Shown here: positions 42,051 to 54,283 of the stretch, piece by piece
Layout: every line of letters begins with the position of its first letter
How positions within the stretch are numbered: the stretch's first letter is position 1
Source: Hamiltosporidium tvaerminnensis FI-OER-3-3
Taxonomy: Eukaryota > Fungi > Microsporidia
Reading direction: 5' to 3'
NCBI GenBank assembly: GCA_022605425.2
Contig: JAKIMF020000007.1
Span: 992,001-1,056,000, forward strand
DNA length: 64,000 nucleotides
Program-made: the position numbers and the translations under genes
The notes under the pieces: generated by a model
Seen by the model: only the letters and a program-made list of their open reading frames with translations
Databases searched by the model: none
What the model was told of the DNA's origin: nothing

Positions 42051-42600
42051 AGATATATCCTCTATAATACCGAGTTATAACAAATCAAAAGAACCAAATG
42101 GGAAACTTTCATTATTTCATCCTCGACACTGAAAGGTAAAAAAAGTCCTGAATAAGTAAGTAATTTAGAAGGATTTTTAACATTATCATGGTGCATAAAA
42201 CAAAAAGTGATGGATTTTAAATTTGAAAAAATCTAATTTTTTCTGATATTTTGTGTTTCATGAGTAAAATTTTATAATAGTTTATTTCTTGATCTTGAAT
42301 GCAGATCCCACATTTAGATACTATAATTTATTTGCCTTTGAAAGACAATTCTGGTTTTTTGTTCACTATATTTATTGCAAAACACAGCATTGATGTGTTA
42401 GAATTTTTGGGCTAAAACCTTTCAATATTGAAGTTAGATATATTAGAAAAAATTTAACACTAATGCTGAAATTAAAACACATTTTCTTACAAATAAGTCA
42501 TATCTGAAGTTTTAAATTTCGAAATCAATCGCGAACTTAGTAAATAGACTATTTAAATAGAATTATGAATATTTATTTAATTTAGTGAATTGATAGGTTT

Positions 42601-43318
42601 TTATATTTAAGATATCGCATGTTTTTAAAGAGTGCAAATTTTATGTTGTTTTCATGACATAAACGCAATTCTAGGTTTAAATAAATAAATTTTAGCCTAA
42701 AACTCCCCCAAAACTCTCCTGCGATACCCAAACCCTAAAGATTTCAACGAATAGATGTTCGAACCCAAGAAATCGGTGATGAAGTTGTCGAAGTTCGTAT
42801 ATGTTCGTGTGTATAGTTGCAGTATAGGTCTACGCCATCCCATACTTCTTGGGACTATGCAGCATTATTCCATACTCATCCCTTTATGACCCCGAAAAAC
42901 TTCTGACTACAATATATATCAGCGACCAAGATAGAGTCAACCTAGAAAGCGCAATGTCATAACAACAAGTATAACCTGCTATTTAGCTTTCTCGGCTTTA
43001 AATACTTTTATCTTTTATATCTACTAGACGATAAGTCTTCTAAGTCGAGTTGGAGAGGCTATTTTCTGGACTTTAAATACCAAATACCCAAATATTCTGC
43101 ATCAGTCTCAAATCTAGTTGCGAAAAAGGCTACGAATGAATTTGTAGAAACTTTCATCTATTTCGTAGACCTCTTCATCGCCATGGAAATTTATATGGAA
43201 CAACTGAAAATGTTGTGTGGTTTTATTCCTACCAAAAATCCAAACAATGATCTTCATATCAATTTTACATACCCATAGCCAAACGGATAGTGTTTTATGT
43301 CTTTATTTCTTCTCCACC
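42601..43318 (-). mobile_element. SINE-like family 1, old full-length copy
   Basis: Colinear with young copies. Near-TSD attgataggtt (42589-42599) / attgaaaggtt (43319-43329). Confidence 0.8.
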
Positions 43319-45099
43319 ATTGAAAGGTTCAAGTATTAATTTTTTATGAAAATACTACCGAGATATCTCTAGTTCGTTAGAATGATTTTTACTTACAAAT
43401 AAATCGGCGAAGCTTATATCCGTTTTATTGTTTTCTTCAAATACCATTGTGCCAAAAAAAATTATAGTTAAACAGAACTTGCTTAAATTCGGACTGTTTT
43501 TCTTTCTTAATTTTAAGTTTCTTTTAATATCTAATTATCCCATATTTAAAACCTCATTTATATTTGACTCTTTATTTATATTTTAAATCAATCATTTAAT
43601 TTCCGTGATTAAATTTATATATTGAGATCTTTTGCTACCATTTTGCTTATCTAATATCTTCTATTACGGTGAATATGCGTAGTGGAAAGAGTGAATCGTT
43701 TATTTTCTCCTAACAACCAAATTTAAGATGTTTTACCATGGGTTTTTGGTATTTAGTATTGAATCTTATCCTTTTAGTCGATTTGAATGTTAATTTTTTT
43801 TTTGTAGAATTATCAAAAGACTTTATGTTTCGGTGTTTAAAGATTTTAAAAGCTGCTTAGTATACTCCATGAGGGGTTAAATGTTTGGATTTTTCTTTTT
43901 GGCATCGATGATAACCCAATAGACGAGAATTAAAGCATTATTTTTATTTAAATGTTTCTGTGTTTCATTTGACTATTAAATTGTCATTTTAAAGAAAAGA
44001 GCTATTATTTGAAGATAATATATGGACCAACTTAAATTCAGACCAGTTTTTAGAAAAGAATCAGAGGGCATTGCCACAATTAATGGCACTATTATGGTGA
44101 TTATTTTCTAAACTCGCGGATTATCTGATAGAATACTGTCTCCGTAGTAAGTATATGAATAAAGCACAAAACAGCGCCTAAAGATTCCTACTTCATTAGA
44201 GTCATCATTTCAACGATTCAAGTCCAAGATTGTGATATAGTTCTAAGCTCGAGAATTAATATCTTATTTTATACATTTTGTCAATATAAGGCACATACTA
44301 TATTAATTTAGTTCATGATTATTTAAATTTTGTTTTCACTATTCTATATTTAGAATTTTTCTTACATTTTTAATTCGAATATTCTTTATACTTGACACTT
44401 TTTCTATATTTTTGATCGGCTTTTCATTTCAGTTACTATATACAGCGTTTAAACTTCATTGGCTTAAATGTTTGTTTGTGTAATAATGTTTTCTTCGTTG
44501 GTTTGTATAAGTAATAAACATATGCGTTTTCGCACATTTTCACACCATGTGAAATGCACTTAATATGCTCTTCACATTTCTTTACTACCATATTTGGAAT
44601 TCAATTCCTTTTTTCGAGCAAAATAAACAATTTGGACTTATTGACCGTATACTATGGTCGAAAGTAAGATTTATCCTTACAAGTAGTTGGTACCCTGAGA
44701 TATCTCGTACTGTATTTTATTAAAAAAAATTCTATGCTATAACATAAGAGTTTATATCAAAATATAATTTATAAATAAAAGAGCAGGCTCACCGGCGAAT
44801 GTTGTTGTTCATTAGCCTTTTTCTATACCAGTGAAAAAACATATTCGAAATCATTTTGAATTTAATAACCATTTTTTGTTGATATTATCAACAAAAATGT
44901 ACACATCAAAGAATCTTAATACCTTGTTTCTAACGTATTTATGATATATAGATAATTATAAGTGTCCATTTCAATATATTCATAAGTTTGAATGCTTTGT
45001 ATTATTATATATATGTATTTTCTAAAATATTAATTTTCATTAAAAGATTATACACTTTGATTCAATCATTAAAAGTATAAATCGCGATAGAAAAGCCTA

Positions 45100-45800
45100 T
45101 AAAAACCTAACTAGAAATAATATAGCTAAATAGAAAACTGAAAATTGTATTTAAGATTATTTAAAGCTATAAAAGATGAATAAGTAAGTGTTAGTGATAT
45201 CTCAAAGGCTCTTAAGAAAGAGAACATCAAACAACCCGTCGAAGCGATCTTATGAATTTTGAGTTAATAAATGTATTTTAGGGTGGAAGTAAAGCTTTAA
45301 TATTAGAAAAACTTTAAAATCTATTGAAAATTCGGTAACGAAATATTAAAAAAAGATAATATTGGGTATACTAGACGCAATAGTGTATTGAATCTGTGTA
45401 TATACTCATGCTTCTTAATAAATTTGAGTTCGAGGCTTCAAGACGAATTACGAGTTTTGGGTAGTAGAAATACCTGAAAATGAGTATGAGTACTTAAGAG
45501 TGGAACGAGGTAAAAATCCAAGGTTAAATAAAAACTTATAGATTGTACATATATGGTTAGGATAAGAAATTAAATAGAATTCAATTGTTAAAGCTTAAAT
45601 AATTTTACAGAATTTGCTTAAAATTTTCGAAACAAAAAACTAAAAATTAATCATTATTGATGTAATGTGATATATTTATTTATACATCATGTAGATATAA
45701 TTCTATGTGTAAAGATTCGAGATGGTATTGTAATCAAAGTAAATAAAAAAACCTTATTAAACCACAAATGAGAGAAGAATAGAGGCATGAGTAGTCGATC
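45100..45800 (+). mobile_element. Highly degraded RLE non-LTR retrotransposon fragment
   Basis: gtaagtgttagtga (VSVSD), aatgagtatg..taagagtgga (NEY..RV) and gatggtattgt (DGIV). Confidence 0.55.
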
Positions 45801-46361
45801 GTACCAAAATCTAGTTCAATCAATCAATAATCTATATAGATATTTTGTGTTGATACTTAACATCTATAAGAATATAGAGGCATCATTTTATGTTATTAAA
45901 AGTCGAGAGGAACGACCATTTCATAGCCTCACTAAACATAGACACCAAAAAAAGATGCTAATTGAACGAATACCAAATTAATGATATCAAAAGTACGAAA
46001 TAGGACTTTAAATGAAACCAATATTTTGAAATATGTAATTAAATCATATATAAGGACATTTCAAATAAGATGAGTAAAGAGAAAGAATAATTTAAAGAAA
46101 AACAACCTAGCATAAGATAAATTCATGTTTTTGTTAATATTTTTACAATTACTTTTATAGTTAATCGACAAAGGCGTGATTTAATCATGTATATATTAAT
46201 TTTTGAACCAAAGCAGTTATTTTAAATTTTTTTAGAAGACTGTGATTTTCTAGCCATAAAATTATATTGATAGAGACGAAATTCTGTAATGAAAATTTTA
46301 TTTAAATTTGAGCCTTAACACTTTTTTACTTTAAATTTTTTTCATTTTTTTTAATTTAATC

Positions 46362-49300
46362 TATTTAATAAAATTCCGAGGTAAAATAGTGTTACTGTGT
46401 TATGCATTTACTTCTACTTCTTTTACCACAGTTGTTTCTTCTTCCAAATCCGATGTTTCATTTATATTTATCGTCGGTTACTCAAAAGCAGTTCCTCCTT
46501 CTGACATGAAAGGCATATGATTTTTCTAATTTTCTGTTTTAAAATCATCTTCCTCTCTACTCGTTTCTTTTAAAGGGGGTGTTGGTTCCTCGTGCATCTC
46601 CGCTCTCATAATAACACCAATGACGCTCTCTACCAGCTCTCTTCGGCATTTAGTCCTGACTCAAGTCCTCTTCGTCGATCAAAGGAAATTGATTCGACTG
46701 TCTTCTTAAGTACTATAGACTGAATGTATACCTCTACATTCATACGTATTTCTAGTCTTTTAAGATGAGATTTATAGTATTTTGTCACAATACCGTCCCA
46801 GGTCATCATATAAGGGATTATCTCAACACTACACTTATAAATAAGACCTAACTCATTGGATAGCAGGTCATACTTCCTAAGTTTTTTAGTTTAACTATTT
46901 GAAGTGAATATTTGGAAGTGATTACTACTTCAATGAGTGTTATCTTATCCTTCTTCTTATTTAAAAAAAATATGTCGGGTCTGTTATTCCGAATTTTAAC
47001 ATCAGTTTTAATTCTGGTGTCCACTCTTATCTCTGCATACTCATTATCAAGAATTTCTTGAACTGAGTGACTCCTTATTCGTTTTGAAGACTTAAACTTA
47101 TATCTATTTAGAAGAAGTAGGTGTAGGCATCTAACCACTTCATTATGCCGTCTAGTGTAATCATGGCCTAGCTTTTTTTCACATCGAGTTGCTAGATGCT
47201 CTACAGTCTTACCAGACTTCCTGCAATGTTGACACACACCATCTGCTCCCCAGAATACATTTCTATACTGGATATAGCAGAACATAGCTTCATTTCGTGG
47301 CCTAATATTCCTTCTCTTTAACCATCTTGAAGAGTCACTAACACACAAAAGCTCATTTTCCTTGCATTATATAACTTTGAATAGAGTTTTCGTTCTTCTA
47401 TGTCGCTATAAAGTTTTGCAAGTTGAGCTTCTAATAAACTTTTCTTAGTGACTTCTTCTACCAACCTGTACTTTAATTTTAAGAAGCCTTTTATTATGCC
47501 AGATGGGTTTTATAATTATTCTCCACCTTGAGGATTGCTGCGCGTCTAGTTGATATTTCTTTACTTTTTTCCAGACAATCCAAGAGTTGCAGAAGCATAT
47601 GTTCGCTTCGCAACTCAACACTATGTAGGCCTCTCACAAGTTCTGTTCTAGGAAGATACAAACGCTCTTTACATCCTGGGCGGAGATGTATTTTATTCTT
47701 CACCAATACCGCACACACTGCATCATCTAACTCAGAGAAGTCAGCCGGTTTAAGTCGAAGTACTCCTATGTGATAGTTGATTAAGGATATCGCATGTTGA
47801 TTGATTGCAGAAAGTAAATTTTTTGCATTTAATCTAGTGTGAAAAAGTCTTTACTCTTGCTATCAGTTTGCTCTGTACTTCTTCAAATGAGCTACGTGTT
47901 GGAATTCCTCTGCTATCTTCTATTATTCCTAGATATTTGTAAACACTAACACCTTCTAGAAGAGTAGCAGTATCTTCACAACACGTATCATTTGTGGCTG
48001 ACTTCTCTTTGTTAATCTCTAAGCCAATCACCTCTAAAAATTCCTTTGCCTCGCCTGTCATAGCACTCAATGTGGAGCTGTCTTTTGCAAGGAGCTTAAG
48101 ATCATCAATAAACAAGAGATGATTAGTAGAATGGGATTCTGCATCTGTTTGTACTGTCACTTTTGTGTATTTTTCATTAAGCTTTCGGCTTAATGGATCC
48201 ATACACAACACAAATAACAAAGGTGACAGACTATCTCTTTGCAGAATCCCTCTCTCAATCTTCTTGCTCATGATTTTTTCAGGCCCTACTGATATATCAA
48301 TTTTCCATTTTGATATAATTACCTTAATAAATTTCAGGATCCAATCAGGTAAATTAAGGTTTTCAATGCATTGAGTTAAATAAGCATGATCTATTGAATC
48401 ATAAGCTTTTTTAACATCAATCCATGTTGCCTCAAGATTGTAGCCGTACTCTTTATTTAGGGCAATATTCAGTAGAGTTTGCTCTTTCACTCCCTGCACA
48501 CCTTTTATCGCCTCTAATTGGTTCTCTGCGAGCAAACATCGCCTTTCCACTTCAATTTGAACGACTTTCGTCACACACTTTGTCGTTAACTTATAGAGGT
48601 TGGACATACAAGTGATTGGCCTGTAGTCAGAGCCTCTTCGTGGATTGCCTTTCGGTATCAAATACGTAAGCCCGCAGTAAAACCAATCAGCTTGAGTTGT
48701 TCCTTCTAAACATATAAATTTCACAATATCATAAAGATATTTGTGTAGAGTTGTAAGTTTCTTGATGAAAAAATTGTAAATGACATCAATTCCAGCAGCT
48801 TTCCAATTAGGGAGCCAATTAATGATATTTACAAAGTCATCAAGTGAAGGAAACTTGGTCGGAGGATTATCTGATACAAATGGAATCAAATAATCATCAT
48901 ACATGACTGTATCATCATTTTTATTCCACATTGTAGACCAAAAACTTACAATTTCATCACGACTGACCACATGCTCGGATTCCACACGCTCAGATAACCC
49001 ACGATAAAATCGACCTCGGAAAAGCTCAAACATACGATTCTCTTTTCGGAATTGCTTTCTACTTTCATGCATCGTAATTTTTTTCTCGTACACATTCAAA
49101 GACTCATTCTTCTTAACTAAAGCCTCAGAAAGATCAGTTACACTTCTCAAGTTTAAATTAAACTCTCGCATGATTTTCTTAAGGCTCTTCGTTTCCAAAG
49201 TGGAGAGCTTTTCCTGCTTACGAGCCTTCTCGAGAAGATCTTTGGAAAGTACTAACTTAGAAATTTTACTTTCTATGTTTTCCTTTCAAGCGGATCTAGG

Positions 49301-50138
49301 ATTTTCTTTACGTTTTGCCTCGTCATAGCATACCTGGGCTGCCTGGATTATCCGTGCCACTGCAGTTATCGTCATCGGCACATAAGAATCAGCATACTCA
49401 CCGATAATTCGATTAATAAGGTCCAAAACTTTTTTGTCAACAAATTCACTTGGAAGCTTTCGAGTTAGAACCACCGCATTTTCGATTTCCTTCTCCGAGA
49501 TTTGTTTGATTTTACGCAAAAAGTTATCTCTCAAGTTTATGTACTCCGTGGTGTCAGTCAGGGTGCATGGCTCAGTGAGACAAGTGGCGATTCTACGTCG
49601 CTCTCCATTCTCTTCTTGCCTTATTTCCATTTCTGCTTCATTTTGTGCGAGTTTTTTAAACGCATCGATATCTAATGTGCAGCCAAATTTCTCATTATAG
49701 TACCTCAGAGTAGCGGGCCAGCCATTTCTGGGCCTTCTCTTAAACTTTCTTTGAAATGCTAGAATAGCAGATTTATGTTATTCTTGCTCTACGACAGTGA
49801 CAGAGTCAAGTATTGAGTGCAATACTATCAGTCGATTTCCTTCTAGAATGGCATCTGTATTGAGGTTTGTCCCGCCGTTGGCTGGTCTACACACAGTGGC
49901 ATCGGTACCGGAAAACGAGGGTATGGTGTCAACCAAGTAGACTGGACTAGTCTGGCAACTACTGCTTGGTGGTTGGTGGGTGGTGTCATGGAAGGTCGGT
50001 GGAGGTGGTAGTCTCTCGTATAGCATTGCTACATCTACATCACACATTAAAATCTCTCCTGCACTGTTCTCCAGGTGCTTTACGGCCTTTATTTTTTCAT
50101 TTTTTATATTTTTGCTCTACTTTTTTTCTTCTACCCAG
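46362..50138 (-). mobile_element. Full-length (~3.8 kb) single-ORF RLE non-LTR retrotransposon (R4/Dong-like), inactivated
   Basis: RT motifs (YRPITC, DVKKAYDS, GILQRDSLSPLLF, LFIDDL, YKYLG), then CCHC, then RLE. ORF split by stops and frameshifts. TSD tttaattt(a/c)atcta at 46350-46363 and 50139-50152. Confidence 0.92.
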
Positions 50139-50352
50139 TTTAATTTCATCTAAATATTAAATTCATTTATATATTTGGAATAAAAGCTCCGATTTCGGTC
50201 ATGGTTGCTAAATCTTGGTGCCTTAAAATTTATATTTATATTTTTACTTAAATTTTCTTATTTATTAAGTATACGTGTAACAAGGTAACTTTGTTCATGT
50301 CTTTCATCTTCATGTCTAAAATCCCCGTAGTATTTCTTTAAATTTACTAATA

Positions 50353-52109
50353 CTCCCTCTGTCCGGAAATATGGTATACATTTCAAAAAAAACCGTAGAT
50401 TATCGTGAATATAAAAAATAAATAGGCAACCGTCATGACATTGTCATAGTAAATATTCATGACAATATAACCTAAAATTTTTGACTTTAGTAATATTATT
50501 CTTAGTTAAAAAGTTGCCGCTCAAACATCAGTGTTTCTTAAGGTAAAAAAAAATAGTGCCGCTGCAAGACGAATATGGAAAATGTGGAAGAAAATTTGTT
50601 AAATTCAGAAAAAAGAGATTCAAAATATAAACAGTTAACTAAAGAACAACGTCAAGGTATTTTAGAAAAATTATTACAGCAGATGAAGGAGAATAAGTTA
50701 AAACACGGTGCCATCAACAAAGTTTCTTATGCCTTTCAAGTTTCCCGGCTAACCGTTAGCAGAATTTGGCATGCAGCACAAACTCAATACAGAAAAGGCA
50801 AGATATGTGCCGATGTTTCTTCAAAAAAGAAAAAAAAGGTGCGGAAGAAAACCTAAAGAATATTCGAACAAATTAGCGCAAATAAATAATACGCCATTAA
50901 ATCGTCAAGGAACGCCCCGCAGTCTTTTCTTTGCAATTGATATTCAAAAATCAACTTTGTTTGATATATTCAAGTCGGGAAAGTATATCAAGAGAATATC
51001 TTCTACAGTTAAACCAACTTTAACAGATAAAAATAAAATGGACAGATTGAAATTTTGCTTGTCTAAAGTAAATCTTGCTAATAATGGAGATTTGCTTTTT
51101 GATGATTTGTACGACTACGTTCACATTGATGAAAAGTGGTTTTATCTAACTAAAGTTAAGCGCTCTTATTACTTAATGTTAAACGAAGAAAACCCGGAGA
51201 GAAACTGCAAAAGTAAGCGATTTATTACGAAAAAATGTTCATGGCTGCAGTAGCTCGACCACGCTATGATGCACATCGAAAGCTTTATTTTGATGGGAAA
51301 ATTGGAATATGGCCATTTGTTTATCAAGAACCACCTCGAAGAAATTCTAAGAATAGGGCTAAAGGTACAATGATAACAAAAAATGTGGAATCTGTTGCAG
51401 CAGTACATTGCAAAAACATGATCATTGATAATGTAATTCCCGCAATTAAATCTAAATTTCCGCCAGCAGACAAAAAGAAAATACTTTACGTACAACAAGA
51501 CAATGCAAAACCCCATTTTTCTGATAATGATGCAGATATTGTCGCTCTTGGTTCTGCTGATGACTGGAATATTAAATTCAAGGCGCAACCGGCAAATAGC
51601 CCCGATTTAAATGTTCTTTATTTAGGTTTTTTCAACTCCATACAATCGCTGCAACATGAAGCTTCGCCACACACAATTGACGAATAAATAAATTGTGTTC
51701 AAGATGCATTTCATCAATTAGAAGCTAATACTCTCGATAACGTTTTTACAACATTGCAAGCATGTATGGAGTCAATTATGTTAGCAGATGGAGGAAATGG
51801 CTATAAAATACCTCATATAAGTAAAGGAAAACTTCGTCGCGAAGGTCGACTGCTAGAAAAATATGTATGTTCGAAACAATCATACGTTAAAGCCAAATCA
51901 AATTCCGAGTGAACTTATTAATTTTAATATGTATTTTTTTAAATTTTATTTAATATTTGCATTAATATTTATTAAAATGTTCGAAATAAAGGTAATAAAT
52001 AAACTTGTCATGTACATTTTTTGATTTATTTTATTTTTTCGCAAATGTATACCATATTTCCGGACAAAAAAATCGCTAAAATGTATACCATATTTCCGGA
52101 CAGAGGGAG
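50353..52109 (+). mobile_element. Tc1/mariner DNA transposon, DD39D type, with perfect 31-bp TIRs and TA TSD
   Basis: TA|CTCCCTCTGTCCGGAAATATGGTATACATTT ... AAATGTATACCATATTTCCGGACAGAGGGAG|TA. Confidence 0.95.
50575..51912 (+). pseudogene. DD39D mariner transposase, disrupted
   Basis: Motifs HIDEKWF, QQDNAKPH and NSPDLNVL(Y)LGFF. Frameshifts in A-runs near 50830 and 51232, internal TAA at 51685, third catalytic Asp replaced by Tyr. Confidence 0.9.
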
Positions 52110-52155
52110 TAATATTTAAAAAATTATAAAACAAAAGAAGAATCCATTTTTTTAT

Positions 52156-52773
52156 TTATATCAACTTTTTACGCATAAAGAACTTTTTCATACGATTTAC
52201 GTGTACTACATTAAAGAAAATAAAAAGCAAAAGTGTTAAAACAGAAACATAAAGAGAACTGGCTACAAGCTTATTAAAATTACCAATCCACATATTTAAG
52301 GTATTTGTAACCACCTCAGTCTCAATAGTAGCATCATGTAGAAGTTTTTGTAAATTGGTAAGTGCAGCAATAGCAGGTTCAACACGAACACCTTTTGCAA
52401 CTTCTTTGTTAAAAGTATCAAATTGAGAATCAAATTTCAATTCAATACGAGGTACATAATTATTAGGAACATGTGAATTATCAATTTGTTTACGTTTCAT
52501 ATAAATCAATATGGTTTGAGCTTCGTATGTATTGAATGAAAAATGTGTTTCTTTGTTTGGTGGAAGAGAAGTATTGTGTAGATAATACTTACCCTCGTCT
52601 TCTGTTGAAATTATCACTTCAAATGATTCTCCTATTACGTTTAATGGTGTAAAATGGCCTTGGCATATTTGATTTTCTATTAAATCAATTTTTATTGTCA
52701 AATTATCCATTCTATTTTCAAAATGAAAAATTACTGCCATTGTAATGTTAAGCAAAAATAAGAAATATATCAT
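52156..52773 (-). CDS. p24/emp24/gp25L (GOLD domain) cargo receptor, ERV25/TMED10-like
   Basis: Signal peptide, ~205 aa, coiled coil, C-terminal TM and FF..KKLI dilysine tail. CCC motif before the ATG at 52773. Confidence 0.85.
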   Translation of the reverse strand: MIYFLFLLNITMAVIFHFENRMDNLTIKIDLIENQICQGHFTPLNVIGESFEVIISTEDEGKYYLHNTSLPPNKETHFSFNTYEAQTILIYMKRKQIDNSHVPNNYVPRIELKFDSQFDTFNKEVAKGVRVEPAIAALTNLQKLLHDATIETEVVTNTLNMWIGNFNKLVASSLYVSVLTLLLFIFFNVVHVNRMKKFFMRKKLI

Positions 52774-52843
52774 TTTCAAGGGTTTAATTTTTTATTTTTA
52801 TAAAAAGAAAAATTATTAAAGATTTTGGAAAATTTTTATCATG

Positions 52844-53121
52844 AAGGTATGAAGGTTACATTTTTTATTTGTACGAGATAAAGTAGAAAAACGAATTACA
52901 TGAATTATTATTTAGGAAGGTATGAAGGTTACATTTTTTATTTGTACGAGATAAAGTAGAAAAACGAATTACATGAATTATTATTTAGGAAGGTATGAAG
53001 GTTACATTTTTTATTCATACGAGATAAAGTAGAAAAACGAATTACATGAATTATTATTTAGGAAGGTATGAAAATTACATTTTTTATTTATATGAGATAA
53101 AGTAGAAAAACGAATAACATG
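52844..53121. repeat. 73-bp tandem repeat, ~3.8 copies, upstream of the p24 gene
   Basis: Units start at 52844, 52917, 52990 and 53063 (aaggtatgaaggttacattttttatt...). Confidence 0.92.
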
Positions 53122-53553
53122 GAAATATATAAATTTAAAAGTTTACTGTATATGATATATATTAAAAAAAGAGAAAAATAAAAAATAAGTTTGAAATTAT
53201 TATTTTATTAAAAAATATAGACAAGGAATACCACTCTTGGGAATTGTTTTAAGTTTGTATTTTTAGCAATATAAAGGAGTAAATTCATTGTAAGCATATA
53301 TGAAATATAGATTGCATGTGAATTTCAGAATTTTTTTATATCATTTTATGAAAAAAAAATCAAAATTTATTTTTTTTGAAGAAAAATTTTATTATAAAAT
53401 ACTTATGAATTTAATAGAATTCCAGTTTAAAAAAGTTGTTTTTATTCTTTTAATATTTTATTTTATCTCTTTAACCTAATTACATTCTTTTATAAATTCA
53501 ACTCTTGATTTATGATTATTATCAATTTTCTAATTTGGCTACCCCATCGCAAA

Positions 53554-54283
53554 TCTTTATTTAAAAGTATCACATCTTTTTTAAAATAGTGGCAAGTGTT
53601 ATATTTGTTTTTATGACATTAACGCAGTTCTAGGTTTAACATAAATAACTGCTACCCCAACACTCCTTCGGTAACCCCTGCGATACCTACGTCCCAAAGC
53701 CTTTCATCTACCAGGTGGTTAGAACCTAATTAATAGGCGAGGCAGTTGCCCGGAGTTCGTTAATGTCCGTTGCATGGAGTGTGATCGAAGGCCGAAGCCC
53801 CCCCTGGGCTCCCCCAAGACTATGCAGCATTCCCACTTACTCTACACTTTCTGAACCCAATAAACTTCTAGCTAAGGTATATTTCAGAGACTTACATGAG
53901 GTCCACCTAGACAGTGCAATGCCATACCAACAGGTATAACCTGCTACTTAGCTCTCCCGGCTTTAAATGGGTTTTATTTTTATATCTCCCAGGCGCTAAG
54001 TCTTCTAACCCGAGTGAGCAAGGCTAGGTTTCCATGCTTTTACATGGCAATTACCTACATGTTCAGCTGCGGTCTGCAATCTGGTTACATAAAAAACTAC
54101 AAATAAATTTGTAGAAAAATTTTCGCTATTTCTTAGACCTCTCCTCCTCATAACAACTTCCCTGTAACAACCAAAGATGTAGTGTGGTTTTATTCCCACC
54201 AAAAATCCAAACAATGATCTCATACCAGTTTCACACACTCATTGCCAAGCCGAAAGTTTTTTATGTGGTTATCCTCCCTCCAC
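53554..54283 (-). mobile_element. SINE-like family 1, young copy with perfect 12-bp TSD
   Basis: ccccatcgcaaa at 53542-53553 and 54284-54295. Confidence 0.92.

Noticed and set aside
52844-53121. CRISPR-like periodic array
   Set aside because: Whole units repeat without unique spacers, there are no cas genes, and the context is eukaryotic.
54003-54013. CTAACCC as a telomerase template in family 1
   Set aside because: It is only 7 nt, lacks an alignment repeat, and lies on the strand opposite to the one supported as RNA.
54035-54070. Hammerhead-like pieces in family 1 (CUGAACA, GUA, GAAAC)
   Set aside because: There is no CUGANGA core, and the element order fits no hammerhead topology.
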